This document shows, piece by piece, positions 11,370-24,159 of a stretch of 64,000 bases of DNA. Where the stretch lies: contig CAKKNE010000002.1 in the NCBI GenBank assembly GCA_918797485.1, forward strand, positions 3,596,001-3,660,000. The letters are read 5' to 3'. Each line of letters starts with the position of its first letter. Position 1 is the first letter of the stretch. The notes under the pieces are model-generated. The model was not told the origin of the DNA, ran no database searches, and worked only from the letters and a program-made list of their open reading frames with translations. A program made the position numbers and the translations under genes. This DNA comes from Pelagomonas calceolata (taxonomy: Eukaryota).

Positions 11370-13958
11370 ATGGATTCTCGCCGACAGCCGCCGAAGACGA
11401 TCGACGAACTACAAAGGTCACGCGAAACTCGAGCGAACGATGCCCTGGCAATGAAGGAGCAGCAATTGCGTATGCTGAATGATCAGAATGTCCAGCTGCT
11501 GCGTAATCTGGATAGGGTTGAGGAGGATGCAAATGCCATACAGCTCGAGAAGGTTGCGGCCGAATCCGACAACCGAACGCTGCGCGATGAGAACTTTCGC
11601 TTACTAAGCAGATCCCGAACTGCGGATGCCCAGTTATCATCAATGAAAACAGAAGCTGCCGAGAAGGATAAGCAGCTTAGGGTCATAACTGATCAGAATT
11701 CAGAGTTGTTACGTTTGCTGGAGACCGAAGAAGCTCAAAGCGCGAAGTTAAGTGCGGAAAATCAACACTACGGTAGCGAATTGGATTTACTGAAAACAAA
11801 ATATGGGACTCTACTTGCCACCGCGAAGACTCACGAAGAAATGGCAAATCGAGCAGCACATGAAGGCCAACTCCGCGCAGATGAAGTACGTATCCTGCGT
11901 TCTGAGATTGATCAACTCAAAACCTTGAACCAAGAGTTAAAGCTCAAAGCTCAAGTTGAGCTGGAGGCACTCCACGAGCAATTGCGAGTCCGGAAGGAAA
12001 AACAGTACCAGCTACTCGAGAAGCTGCAAGCACAAGATAGGGTTAAGCGTTTAGCAGAGGATCAAGTAAGTAGCATGGAAGAAAAACTACGCCAGTTGCA
12101 TGCCAAAAGCGTGGAATTGGACACACACCTACAGGTGGAAACACGGAACCGTCGCATGAAAGAAGAAAGCAATCGCAATCTGACCGCTGACCTTAATAAC
12201 CTGATGGAAGAGGTCAAAGAAGTCAGAAATCGGTCAAATCTTGCGGATAGCGAAAGACTCCGCATAGAAGCAGAGGCAAGGGACAGTGGTGACCAATTGC
12301 GAGAAATGGCCGAAAAAGTTTTCCAGCTGCTCGAGCGGCTCAAACTAGCAGAACTCAGTAAAACTCGGGCCATGGAGGAGCTTAATAAGCGGGAAGCCGA
12401 AGCAGTAGCACTATCGAAGAAAAATGCAAGGCTACTGAAAGAAGCAACAAGAGAAGGACGAGGCAGAGTGAAAGCTGAACTTGACAAAAAGATATTACAA
12501 GACCAGCTACGAGCAGTCAGAAAGCATAACTCTGTGCTGGCATCTCGTTGTCGTGAAGAGGTTCGCCTCAAGCTAGAAGAGCGTGAAGAAAAAGGAGTTG
12601 CGGTGGAAAAGGTCAAGACTTTTAGTGGTCGCCTTGGGTTTCTCTTAAACAAGATGCAGACAGATGAAGAAGCCAAGGTTGTGCGAACAGAGGAGATGCG
12701 AAAACTCGAGGCACAGCTAAAGACTTCAAATGATCATCTATCCAAGCTGCAAGCCAAACTGGATGATGCCAATGAATCTAATCGCATCATATCACAGGCG
12801 AGTAGAATCAAACAAGAGGAGCTAGACACAACAAAAGCTAGATTTGATGCCCTTTTGGACAGCAGGCAAACAGAAAACGTCCAATCTAGCACAGCCAAAA
12901 TCCACGGGAATGATTCTGGCCAAAATCCCCACGTAAGTCCTGCTGAAGCGAATGGTCGATTTCTACTGGACACCAGCACTTCTTCCGACTTAATCTTGCT
13001 CAAAGGCAAGAAAGCAAGCTGGAGTACTTGGCTTGAAGCACATGATGCAAATAAGATACTCAAACGCGCGCAGAATTCACCCAATACTAGGGAGTTGCTT
13101 GTTCAACATATAGGAAGATGTTATGGCATGTTGATGGCTCAGGAAGAAGGCAGGGACACTTTGTACCGGGATTTGCAAGACTGTGAACAACAAATCGAGC
13201 ATGTTGCACGTAAATGTGCACACGTCCAGGAAAAGCTTCATCTTGAAGAAGAGGCCAAAAGGCGTACTCTTCTACGCTATGTCCATTCAGTTAAGAATAC
13301 CAGTATCCCTAGCATTATAAGAAGTGTAGAAAAATCAGACGAAGTTGGCGTGATACAGCTCCCCGAGTCGTCGATCTCTGATGAAGAGCTACACGCGATT
13401 TCGGCACTTCTGCGTGGTGATATGTCAATCCAACAGCTTATCCTCCGGGACAACATGATATCAGATGATGGGGTTCATGCCTTAGCATCAGTCTTGGCGG
13501 GTAAGTCCAATATTAGTACCATCGATCTTCGCGGAAATAGGATGACGCCCCACGGAATTCGGATACTTGCAGAAGCACTAGAGCGATCTGAAAGAGTACG
13601 TCATGTCTACGTGCACGCAGCTGGGAAAGTAGAGGCCCTGGGTATTGCTAAATGGACTCCAGTAAATCCCCCAGACGGTGCGACAACAGCGGAGTTCTCA
13701 GCAAGCGTTGAGACTGTATGTTGCGTGGACTGCCGAGATAATATTCAACACGATCAGGAACAGCAGAAGATTACCAATAGCTTAAAAAAGTCTGAGGTTC
13801 CTGTAGCTGTTGCTAATCACAAGAGGTTAGCGCGAGAAAAGAAAATTCAGCGCATGAGTGCCGGCAAGGCAACGAGAGGACCCATGGCAAATTCGTCTAG
13901 AGTGGGGGTGTTCCCAAACTTAGGAGAGGGCCTCACTGGCCACCAGAGGCGAAAATGA
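11370..13958 (+). CDS. Long coiled-coil protein with C-terminal RI-like leucine-rich repeats
   Basis: Uninterrupted 862-aa ORF; E/K/L/Q-rich heptads over about 640 aa, then LILRDNMISDDGVHALA and IDLRGNRMTPHGIRILA LRR units. Confidence 0.85.
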   Translation: MDSRRQPPKTIDELQRSRETRANDALAMKEQQLRMLNDQNVQLLRNLDRVEEDANAIQLEKVAAESDNRTLRDENFRLLSRSRTADAQLSSMKTEAAEKDKQLRVITDQNSELLRLLETEEAQSAKLSAENQHYGSELDLLKTKYGTLLATAKTHEEMANRAAHEGQLRADEVRILRSEIDQLKTLNQELKLKAQVELEALHEQLRVRKEKQYQLLEKLQAQDRVKRLAEDQVSSMEEKLRQLHAKSVELDTHLQVETRNRRMKEESNRNLTADLNNLMEEVKEVRNRSNLADSERLRIEAEARDSGDQLREMAEKVFQLLERLKLAELSKTRAMEELNKREAEAVALSKKNARLLKEATREGRGRVKAELDKKILQDQLRAVRKHNSVLASRCREEVRLKLEEREEKGVAVEKVKTFSGRLGFLLNKMQTDEEAKVVRTEEMRKLEAQLKTSNDHLSKLQAKLDDANESNRIISQASRIKQEELDTTKARFDALLDSRQTENVQSSTAKIHGNDSGQNPHVSPAEANGRFLLDTSTSSDLILLKGKKASWSTWLEAHDANKILKRAQNSPNTRELLVQHIGRCYGMLMAQEEGRDTLYRDLQDCEQQIEHVARKCAHVQEKLHLEEEAKRRTLLRYVHSVKNTSIPSIIRSVEKSDEVGVIQLPESSISDEELHAISALLRGDMSIQQLILRDNMISDDGVHALASVLAGKSNISTIDLRGNRMTPHGIRILAEALERSERVRHVYVHAAGKVEALGIAKWTPVNPPDGATTAEFSASVETVCCVDCRDNIQHDQEQQKITNSLKKSEVPVAVANHKRLAREKKIQRMSAGKATRGPMANSSRVGVFPNLGEGLTGHQRRK

Positions 13959-14861
13959 TTGCAATTTAGTAGACCATTATTATACTTGAAAGCCCGGTGG
14001 ATTCCCAGTATAGCAAAAAAAAAACAAGAAATAGCAAAGCGTACCTATCTAGTATCCAAAGAGATTCTTTGAGCATTCGTTGTAGATTGGGTTGGGCCTG
14101 TAAACAATTACAATTACCTGGTCTCAGCCAATCTGCCCTAGAGGCATCTCGAATGTCCCGAAGCCTTGTGAAGACACAGTGCCTGGTCTTCGCAATCGGC
14201 TTGTACCTTGCTCTATACCCTTCTATTGGTGTTCTGCTGTTGTGTTCTGACAAGTTTAATGCAAATGTCCTAACACCCTTAATGAGGCAAGGTTAGCTGG
14301 CCATATTGCATCACTGGTGATAGGTAAAGCGCCAGACGGCTCGCAGATATATGCAGCCTCAAATGAAAATGACCCGCCAAGCCAGCATGCACTTTGGTGA
14401 GACTTACTTTCTTCCTGGCGGCTTCATCAAATCAGTCGCTCTTGAATTTCGCTATTAATCGTAATACGACCTATGAGACCACAGAGAGCAATTATCAATG
14501 CCGCGTGTGGCCGCTGCGAACTTAGCTGCAGCCTAATCGAGCTTTGACGACCACTAGAATCGGCTTACAGTTCGCGCGGCGTTTGGTATCTTGGCGTCGG
14601 GGCGTGACGGAAAATCTGCACCATGCCCCCCTAGGCTGGCGCTGGGCTGGCGCTGGGCTGGCGTGGGACGGTGGACTGGGGCGGACCCAGGGTTTTGGGG
14701 AATTCTCTGCTAATAGCCAACTCGAAATCCGTAATAGCCCAACTCGAAATCCGGCACATTGGACCCCCAGGGGAACCCCAAGGACACAGCACGACTCATT
14801 TGACGGGACCTAATGTGACTAGGAGTACAAGCACTAGTCCCACTAGGCCTAGACTTATCGA

Positions 14862-15388
14862 TTAAGGGACGGGGGCGGACCCCAAATTTGAGATTCGAGT
14901 TCCCAGCCACTTGGCCGGGGGCGATTTTGGCTAAGGGGTCCCATAGGGTCCCTGTGTACGCCCCCTGACCGGGATGGGGGGAAGGGGTCACTTTCGAGGC
15001 GAGACGCGGTCGCGAAGTTGCCCATCTGGGGCCTAACGTGCGGGTATTTCAGAGGCTCTGGATATCCTCTGGACTGAAAAATCAAAACTCGCTTCCATGC
15101 TGGTATTTTGGTCTTCCAGGGGCCCTCGGGCACCTATGGCGTGGGGTGGATGCGTAGGTGCGGCCGGGTACCCGATGGGCTGCCAGAAGGTGGCCTGACG
15201 CGGCACGAAGCGCCACTGGCGCGACCTTCGCAGGCCACTAAAATTTCCAAACCTAATCGTTTCGCTTACCCGTTTCGGTCACGTCCCAGGGGGGTAGGGA
15301 GCCCCCTCTGGCTCAATTCGCCCGCGGCCAAGACGTCTAGTTATAGAGATACGGCAAATTTGGGGGTTGGTGTCCGCCCCCGTATTAA
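14862..15388. mobile_element. Possible TTAA/TAA-flanked MITE (Harbinger- or piggyBac-like)
   Basis: ttaa at both ends; perfect 12-bp inverted core acgggggcggac (14869-14880) / gtccgcccccgt (15372-15383), plus ccccaaatttg / caaatttgggg. An internal ~40-bp piece (aggcgagacgcggtcgcgaagt) recurs at about 19916. Confidence 0.5.
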
Positions 15389-15416
15389 GGGGTGGGGATG
15401 CTGATGCCGATTAAGG

Positions 15417-16243
15417 TTTTAACGCGCTCTCCGTGCGCCGCGCGCGGCACGGGGCAGCCACCAGGCGCGTGTGGAGGTCCTAGGAACTCATGCGCGCCAT
15501 GCTTAAAGCGCGCGCCTCGAAAGGTACCCGTCTCGGTGGTCTGCGAGTGCCCAAAAGCTGCTGCTCTGCGCAAGGCCCTAAATCGGCACGCGACCGCGAA
15601 TAGATCTCCAAATTGCTGGTAGAGGAGCGCCCGACCCACGCGAGCGCAGCGACGCACCTCAAGAAGTCCACCAGTTGTCCGTCGCCACGTGTCAACCCGC
15701 GGTCGGTCGGTAGAGCATATTCGGTGATGTCCATGGCGGGCCAATTGAACGCCTCTCGACAAAAGATCGACCGTCAGGACGTACGTGTACATTCCAGCGA
15801 ACGTTCGAATGACGCGCCGCGCAAGTGGAACAGACTTTAAGCCAGCGACGCCGACCGCGGGGAATCGGACTCGTCCGAGAGCTGCATTTAGGAGGTTAGG
15901 CGTACTATCCTAGGACCTTTTCGAATACCAGGGCGGGCGGGGGGTTGGGGCCACTCCCTGGTATGAACTTGAAAGAAAACGCGCACCACACCCAACGTGC
16001 AATGCTGGCCCTCCGAGACTACAGGCCTCCGTGCCCTTCAATACCCGCACCCTATACTCCTCAGCTTCAACTTTCCTCCACGTCAACCTCAAGTTGAAGT
16101 AAGGTTGAAGGAAGGGTAGTCATAGGTAGCCACGGACCCCCCTCAGACCTCCTCAAACTCACTCCTACTTCTGCTGGCGTCTTCCTTACGCTTATGGACG
16201 TCTAAAATAGCCGGCAAGTAGGTCGAGTGGGACCAAGAAGTAG
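15417..16243. repeat. Dispersed repeat element, copy 1 (related to 22529-23123 and 34725-34840)
   Basis: Four segments alignable by eye with 22529-23123; the terminal segment also recurs at about 34730-34838. Confidence 0.8.
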
Positions 16244-16612
16244 CCACGGCCGTCCACGGTACCAGGCCAAGAAGTAGTATTGAGAGCGCGCCACAGGGAC
16301 GGATCTTGGCGGCTACCGGCGGCCCGGGACCGCCCTGCGCTTTGGGCCCGCCTATCGCCCGGTCTCAGGTACTCGCTAGCCGACCCCGCCTGGTCTGCGG
16401 CTCGACCGTCACTAGCACAGTCACGGTCTCGCAGCGTCTCGCCGTTTTTGCTAGATCTCGGGCAAGCCGCGAGTCCGGACCCGCCCTGGATTTAGGTTCT
16501 CGGGGCCCACCGCCCGGATGCGGTCTCAGACAGCCCCGAGTCCGCGACGACCGCCACTAGCTCGTGCTGCCTAAGTCTAACAGGACGAGTGTAGGGTCGT
16601 AAAGCGAGCGTA

Positions 16613-19600
16613 ATGGCGTCGGTCTCAGATAACTGTACAGGTGCGCTTGTGTCGTGGTCATTCATAGTTCCGTGACTGACTCCTTATTTAGTTCTCCTGA
16701 ATACTGATAAGCAAAATCTAGTTAGTCAAGAGGAAATACTAAAACAGCTAGAGGACTCAAATGACAAGGTACGTGGGTAGCTCGGGCTTGTCATGACGCG
16801 TTGTGCAGATGAAAGTTAAGGCATTAAAGTCTGCAATTTTGATGATGCTCGGAGGAGAACCTATCCCTCGAATACTAATGACGGTGATACGGTTCTGCAT
16901 CAACACTGAACACCACGAGTTCAAGAAATTACTAATGCTATTTTGGGAGATTGTTCCAAAGTACGATTCCGAAAAAAAGTTGCTCCCTGAGATGATACTG
17001 GTAATGCTTGTGGAGTTGCTCTATTGCTTATATACAGATGATAGGTATGTAATGCACTACGAAACGACCTAAATCATTCAAACGAATATGTCCGAGGCTC
17101 CATGCTTCGTTTTTTGTGTAAGCTGAGAGAACCCGAAATTATCGAACCGCTTGTTCCGTCAATCAAAGCTTGTTTGAATCATCGGCACTCGTATGTCCGC
17201 AAAAATGCCGCACTTGCAATATACCACATTCACAAGCACCATGGGTCAGCCTTGGTGCCGGATGGCGCAGACCTAATGAACGACTTCATCAGGGCAGAGA
17301 CTGAAGTTGGCTCGAGGCGAAATGCCTTCCTCATGTTGTTCAATGAGGCTGAAGAGGTAGCAATTGAGTTCCTAGCAGCCCATGCTGATGGACTAGACGA
17401 CTTTGGCGACGGGTTTGCTCTACTTGTCCTTGAACTAACCCGAAAGGTCTGTCGACGCGATCCGCGGCAAAAATCACGATTTGTCCGATTTTTGTTCCAG
17501 TTACTCGGTTCCCAATCGGCAGCGGTCAGCTACGAAGCAGCATGGACTCTCGTGAGCCTATCATCAGCGCCTACTGCGGTACGTGCAGCGGCAGCAACAT
17601 ACACTGCCTTGCTTTCATCGCAGTCTGACAATAATGTGAAGCTCATTGTCTTGGAGCGACTAGCCGAAATGAAGCAGCGGCAGTCGCGAGTTTTGACAGA
17701 AGTACTAATGGACATGCTGAGAGCCCTCTCATCACCAAATGTAGACATTTGCAAGAGAACTCTTGAAATTGCTATCGATCTAGTGTCACCACGTAACATC
17801 GAGGAAGTTGTTGGTGTACTGAAGCGCGAAGTCGTCCGAACCCGTGATTCTGATCTAGAAAATTGTTCAGAGTACCGAACGATGCTTATCCAAGCGATTC
17901 ATACGTGTTCCTTGAAATATCCCGAAATTGCTGGATCTGTAGTGCATGTTCTCATGGATTTTCTTGGCGTTGACGGTGCTATGGATGTAATTGTATTTGT
18001 TAGGGCAAACATGGAGCAAAATGCTCCACTTCGTTCTGGACTGTTAAAGAAACTGGTGAATACATTGTGTGAAATAAGGTCGTCACCTGTCCTCTCTGTC
18101 TCTTTGTGGATAATTGGAGAATATGCAGAAGGCGAGGAATTGCTTAAGTTAGGATTTGACGAAATTGCTAATGCTATGGGCAACCCACCTTTTGTGTGTT
18201 GCCAAGTGACAGATGCAGCCAACACCAATCCTGGACGCATATCAGAAAACTCAAGGTCGGTCGTCCTAGCTGATGGAACATACGCTTCACAAGCAGGGGC
18301 TATGGAATCACAAGCGTACGGTGACAAGACGAACATTTCTCCTCTGAGGGCCCTTGTTTCGAATGGAGATAGTTTCTTAGGCACTGTGGCGGTAAGTTCG
18401 TTGACAAAGATCGTACTTAAATCACGAGCACTATATGGAACGAACTCGACTTTAACCAAGCAGCGTCAGCTAGTAATGCTGGCAGTCTGCTGTGGAGTAG
18501 CAGACCTCATTGAACGCTCGACATCAGAGAAGCAATACTCGCCCTGCAAATCTGTGAATTCTACCTCTCCTATTTTTTCGGGCGCATCTGCTGATTGCAT
18601 TGAGCGCTTGGCTCTATTCGCGAGACTCATACTAGACACAGAAATACAAGCTGCAACTGTCGAGGCATATCTCAGTGACAGCAAGATATCTTTCTCCCAA
18701 TATCTCCGTCATGCATCAAATTCTACGCTCGTGGTTGAGCCAAGTTCAAAGAATTTGTCAACCCCCGCCTTGGCACAAGTAGATGATTTGATTTCTTGGC
18801 GACAGTTGCGTCAGGTGACATCGGCGAGTGGTGATTTGGACTTGTGTGATGGGGACGATTTACTACGGGCAACTGGTTCATTTGAAAATAGTGATGGCAC
18901 AGGAACGCGGCTTAGTCACGTTTACCAACTTACAGGCTTCGCAGATCCAGTCTACGCAGAGGCGTACGTCACAGTACATGACTATGATATCCTTCTTGAA
19001 ATTCTCATCATAAACCGAACAGCCGCTACACTTACAAATCTGACGGTCGAATTGGCTACAATGGGCGACTTGAAACTTGTTGAAAGACCACTTTCTCTAA
19101 CAATCGGCCCTCTTGATCAACGATCAATCAGTGCCAATATCAAGGTTTCTTCAACGGAAACCGGCCACATATTTGGCACCATTGTATACGAAAACTCGTC
19201 GAATGCAGAAAAAAGTATTATCAACTTAAATAGTATTCACTTGGATATAATGGATTACATACGACCTGCTCTTTGCACTGACGAAACATTCCGTGCAATG
19301 TGGGCTGAATTTGAGTGGGAAAACAAAGTAGCTATTGCGACAGCGATCAGTGAACTTGGAACATTTTTAGAACATATTATATCTGAGACAAATATGCGCT
19401 GTCTGACTCCGCAATCTGCCTTGGGCGGCACTTCATCTTTTTTAGCCGCGAACCTCTATGCGAAATCCATTTTTGGAGAAGATGCTCTTGTCAATGTATC
19501 TGTCGAAAAAAAAGAAGATGCCGATGGAAAACTGAGTGGCTACATTCGCATCCGTTCAAAAACCCAGGGCATTGCGCTTTCACTCGGCGATCGGATAACA

Positions 19601-19621
19601 GCTGTCCAGCGCCGTAATTAA
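16613..19621 (+). CDS. COPB1: Coatomer subunit beta (beta-COP), 4 exons
   Basis: [69 protein letters not shown]. Introns 16641-16691, 16769-16808, 17001-17044. Confidence 0.97.
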
Positions 19622-19964
19622 GCACACTCGTGCTAATTTGACCACAGGAAACTATCATTTGATAGTATTAATTAATGCGCCTGGGAAACTTGCCTGCTGT
19701 AGAGTGGTTAATCTTGCCAGAGACAAGGGCGAGGTGATTGGGCACCGCGCATTGTTTCAACCTGGAATGCGATCGCGTAGTTGCAAAAGGGAAGTGGCCA
19801 CACGCAAATGCGTGTCTACTTCCCGGGACTGCGAGTTTTAGCCTTTGATAACTGCGAGTTTTGGTGGGGAGGGGTAGTAGAGGGAGGGGGTCACTTTTTT
19901 GCCTCCCCACTCTATAGGCGAGACGCGGTCGCGAAGTACTTAGCCCCATTCTAGAATTTCTATA

Positions 19965-20410
19965 GACCGAGCGAGCTAGGCCTAGCCAAAAGCCGGAAAT
20001 TCCCTTAGAGCCCTATATACCTATGGAACGTTAGGAAATAATTTTTCCGTAATTGTGGTTCAATTTATACGTCTCAGGGGCGATTTTTGGCTTGGGGTTC
20101 GGGTTTTATCGCAATGGTCGCACCGCGTCGCAGCTGCTTGCTCTGCGCGAGGCTGCCCGCATGGTACCAGATTGCGCACAGCCCATTATTTTAGCATACG
20201 GAACCTGCGCCTCAGCAAAAATTTCCCGCCATTCGGCCGGCGCGTGGCTAAACGCGCATTGCGCCAAAATCAAAATCAACGTCGACTAATTGCGCTCCCC
20301 CCTATAAAATTCGAAGTCTCCACGCAGTATTAGGATTCGCAGGGTAATTTAGCTTAATTAGGACTCATGGAGTATGCCTCAAAATCGGGCGAGAAATAAT
20401 TACCCGGCTT
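19965..20410. mobile_element. Short (internally deleted) member of a TIR element family
   Basis: First ~130 bp match 20420-20546; last ~300 bp match 21285-21582. Confidence 0.7.
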
Positions 20411-20419
20411 TACCCGGGC

Positions 20420-21605
20420 CCGAGCGAGCGAGCCTTGTCGGCCTAGACAGAAGCCGGAAATTCCCTTTGAGCCCTATATAGATATGGAACGCTAGGAAAT
20501 ATTTTTTTCCGTAATTATGGTTCAATTTATACGTCCCAGGGCGATTAGCGGGCTGGGGGCTGCGGCAGTGGGGGCTTTATTTACATCCGGCTAGCTCGGC
20601 GCCATCGCGTGTGCGAGTGCCACGGGTTGGTGTGCTGGAAAGCCCACAATCAGGGCTACACAGCCGCGTTGGCCGTGGCAGTCGCACACGCGATGCGGCC
20701 GAGAAAAGCTGGCCTGAAGTTCGGCTCTTCGAGGCGCCCTTAGCGGGCCGCGCGAGGCTCCCCGCGAAAAGTTTTCGCTGAGCCGAGGCTGACCGAGAAG
20801 GTGCTGAAGCCAGTGGAAATGGCAGGGGCAGCTATCTGCACCAATTCCGTCGCTGAGATCATGCGCGGCGTACCGCCCCGCGGGCGCGACCTTCAGAAAC
20901 CGCCAGGCGGCATGTCCGAAAGACGACAATGGGTCGGACACATGCGCGGGGTACCCTCGGACACTGCGGCCGCCTTCGAGAAGCTGGAGAGACTTTCGTA
21001 TTATGTGTCTCGGGCGGGACCGTCTCGCAGTCGACTAAAAAAAGCACCGAAACAACCAAATCCAAGTTACGCGAGGGCAGCCGAGGGTATGATCAGTCCC
21101 CGTGACCGATAATTGACACTTGGCAGCCCGGTTTGCATGGCACCCGACGACACCATAAGGAGCCCTCACGCCACCCTGCCTTGGCGAATAGCGGCCCGCA
21201 AGGCAGGCAGCGCAGCACAGCCGACGTCAAACCCAACGGACGGCAAAATCACCCTTAGCTCTAGGCGGGTTTTTGCTCGGACGTTGGGTTTTTTATCTCG
21301 GACGTTTTTCGCACTGATGAACTTCGCAGTGATCGCACCGCGTCGCAGCTGCTTTCTTGGCGCGAGGCTGCCCGCATTACCAGGTACCAAACTTGCACAG
21401 CCCATTATTTTAGCATGCGCAACCTGCGCCTCAGCAAAAATTTCCCGCCATTTGGTCGGCGCGTGGCTTTACGTACGCGATTGCGCCAAAATTAAATATC
21501 AACGTCGACTATTCAATATAAATCATCTTAATTAGGACTCATGGAATAATGCGTCCGAATCTTAGAAGAAAAAAAATTACGGCAAGGGCGGGGCCTAGGC
21601 TCGTT
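20420..21605. mobile_element. Long member of the same non-autonomous element family
   Basis: Shares both ends with 19965-20410; its 3' end ggcctaggctcg is near-complementary to cgagctaggcc at the start of the short copy; no recognisable transposase. Confidence 0.65.
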
Positions 21606-22528
21606 ACGCTGAAAATTCAAACTCATACTTTTCACGGTAGTATGAGGCTGATAGAGATATCCTAAAGGGTGTGAGTTAAAGAAAATATGGTGGGCGGTAA
21701 ATTTTGGGTTGGTATCAGCTTTCAAAATGCTAGAACGTGTCGGCGACAATCAGAGGGTCGATTAACCCTCTTCAGATGAGTAAGTTATACATCACAAGTC
21801 CGCTCATGGAGTCACCCTAGTTAACTAGTTAACCCATGTCGCCGCGATGGAATCGCGACCGCCACAAACAGCCGGGTAAAATTCCAATTCCGCCCGTTCT
21901 TCCACGACCGCAGAAACTTCCTCTTACCTTGGGATAGGCTTTGAGACTAGCTGTTAATGACTTAATAAAAAAACAAATAAAATCTCTGCAGGGATCCGCT
22001 CTCGTGCCCGGCGAATAAAGAAGCACGCTTTTGCGCACAACGTTTTCCGTCTCTTTATCAGGTCGTTGATCACGCTCCTTGCCCGTGCAATGGCTTTTCG
22101 GCTATATATAAGTACCAACGTGGCATTAACATTCGCCGGGTATTTCTCTTAATTAGGACTCATTGATGGTGGGTCAATTTCACATTTCTTATTCGTCGGG
22201 CGGGCCCCAAGTATCTTACTCCTTTACCCATGTGCATGCGTATCGCGCGCCCCCAACGCGCCACGGCATCCCTACATCGATGGCGTAACTCTACCGCGCT
22301 GGGGAAAGATTGGCGACCAGTAAACAATATAAATGGTGGCAGGGCCGGAAACAGCATAATTCCCAGTAGCCCTCTGTCTAGTTAATTGGATTTTCTGGGT
22401 TTATTTCGCCATCGTCCGCGTTCTTCCTGACTTTTCATAGAGAATTGCCCCCTCGATTCTAGTCTCCGAAACAACTCGTGAGTGCCCGCCGCTGGTGATC
22501 TTAAGCGCATCGCTAGATCCCAACCCAC

Positions 22529-23123
22529 CTACTTCCTCCTCCCACTCGATCTACTTCATTGCCCAGATAGAAGGTAAAAGATTTTTCGGAAGAACCATCA
22601 ATAGAACGCCCGAGCAGAAGTAGGAGTGACGGGGGGTCCGGTGCTGTCTAAAACTACCTTACTTCAACTTGAGGTCCTTTGTCGCTACAAGTCAACCCGC
22701 GGCGGTCGGAAGAGCATTCGTTGATGTCGTGGCGGGCCACTTAGACGCCGCTGGACCAAAAACGACCGTCAGGACCAACGGACGTTGAAATAACAGTGCC
22801 GCGCACGATGTCGACCTAGAGTTTTTAGGATCGTACTATTTTTGGACCTATTTGAGTACCGGAGCGCGCAGCAGACTTCACTGCGTGCAGCTCTTGCCTT
22901 CAATACCCCTCAAGTGGAGTGCTTGAAGTGCGCCGATTTATTTATTTGGAGCTCCTCTAGCAGCTAGCGGGGTGTAGCAGCTAGCGGGGCACTCGCAGAC
23001 TGCCGCGAGGTTGCTACCTTTCGGCGCACGCGCCTTAAGCATGACCGCCACGCAGACGAGTGCCCATGACCTCCACGCGCGCTTGGTGGCTGTCCACTGC
23101 ACGCACGGCGAGCCCATTGAAAA
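22529..23123. repeat. Dispersed repeat element, copy 2 (flanks inverted, core direct relative to 15417-16243)
   Basis: gtcaacccgcggcggtcggaagagcattcg matches about 15691 in direct orientation; gggcactcgcagac...cttaagcatg matches about 15498-15552 as reverse complement. Confidence 0.8.
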
Positions 23124-23774
23124 CTGGGCGGTGAAGGAGTGTGATAAATAAAAAAAGGGAGAACTAAGTACGAACAGAAGCTCCGAGGAGCCCTCCCTCT
23201 GCTCACCCAGGATACCCAAGCACGCTTAGAATATATAGCCATAATATTAATAAGAAAACGATACTAGAAAAACGAGTCGCACAGGAGTTGCAACAGAGGC
23301 ACAAAACATAAAACGATCGAGCTGCAACAGTGTCATAAAATGAATACGCATACTTATTATTTATATTTTGGTTCAATGCTAAATCTCAATCGGAAGCTGA
23401 ACTGATCCGCAGGCTTCTGGCAGACGTCCAATTCTTGCAGATGGCCTGCGGAATCCGCGGTGAGTCAAATGTCGTCCGCATAGAAGACAACGGATGACTT
23501 CGCAACAGACGGTAACGCCCGAGGCGGGGCGCGATATCATCAATAAATACCGCTTACAGGGCGAGGCTCAGCACTGGCACGGACTAGTATAAATTTCGAG
23601 CCTGAGGCCTCCGCGGTCTTTGCGGTCTCGAATTCCTAAGCGTCGCAGGCAGGAGGGGAGGAGGAGGCTAATTCATTCCAATATTAATTAGAGCCAAGGG
23701 AAGGCAGGATGTCACGGCGGTTGCTCCAAAGAAGTAAGAATAACCTATGTCCGGCCTCGCCAGTGGGGAAGTGT

Positions 23775-24159
23775 CTAGGTTGGCATTAACCGGTTAATAA
23801 CCGGTAGTTTACCCATTATCACTCCTTGGAGGGGATCTGGGGTAAATAACCCGGTAAATAACCCGACGGGTTTCGACTACCCGTTTAGTGCGATTACTTA
23901 TAAGTAGCGAAAGACCCCCCCGGGCGAGCGGACGGGCGCAGGCAGCCCGTTGAGCTTTTGGATACGTACAGGTGCGCCAAGGCAAGTACCGAGTCATGTG
24001 GCCCGGCGCGGCCCAGGCCCGCGCCAGTGGCCAGTGAGGCCCCCTCCCCTACCCCTCTATAAGATCCTGAGGTAAATAACCCGTACTAACCGGCAATTAC
24101 CCGGGTTTTAACCCCGGGCGGCGCCGGGGTTATAACCCCTCAGGTAAATGCCAACCTAG
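23775..24159. mobile_element. 385-bp hAT-like MITE with 8-bp target-site duplication
   Basis: Perfect 13-bp TIR ctaggttggcatt / aatgccaacctag; TSD ggaagtgt at 23767-23774 and 24160-24167; many taacc(c)gg subterminal repeats at both ends. Confidence 0.92.
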
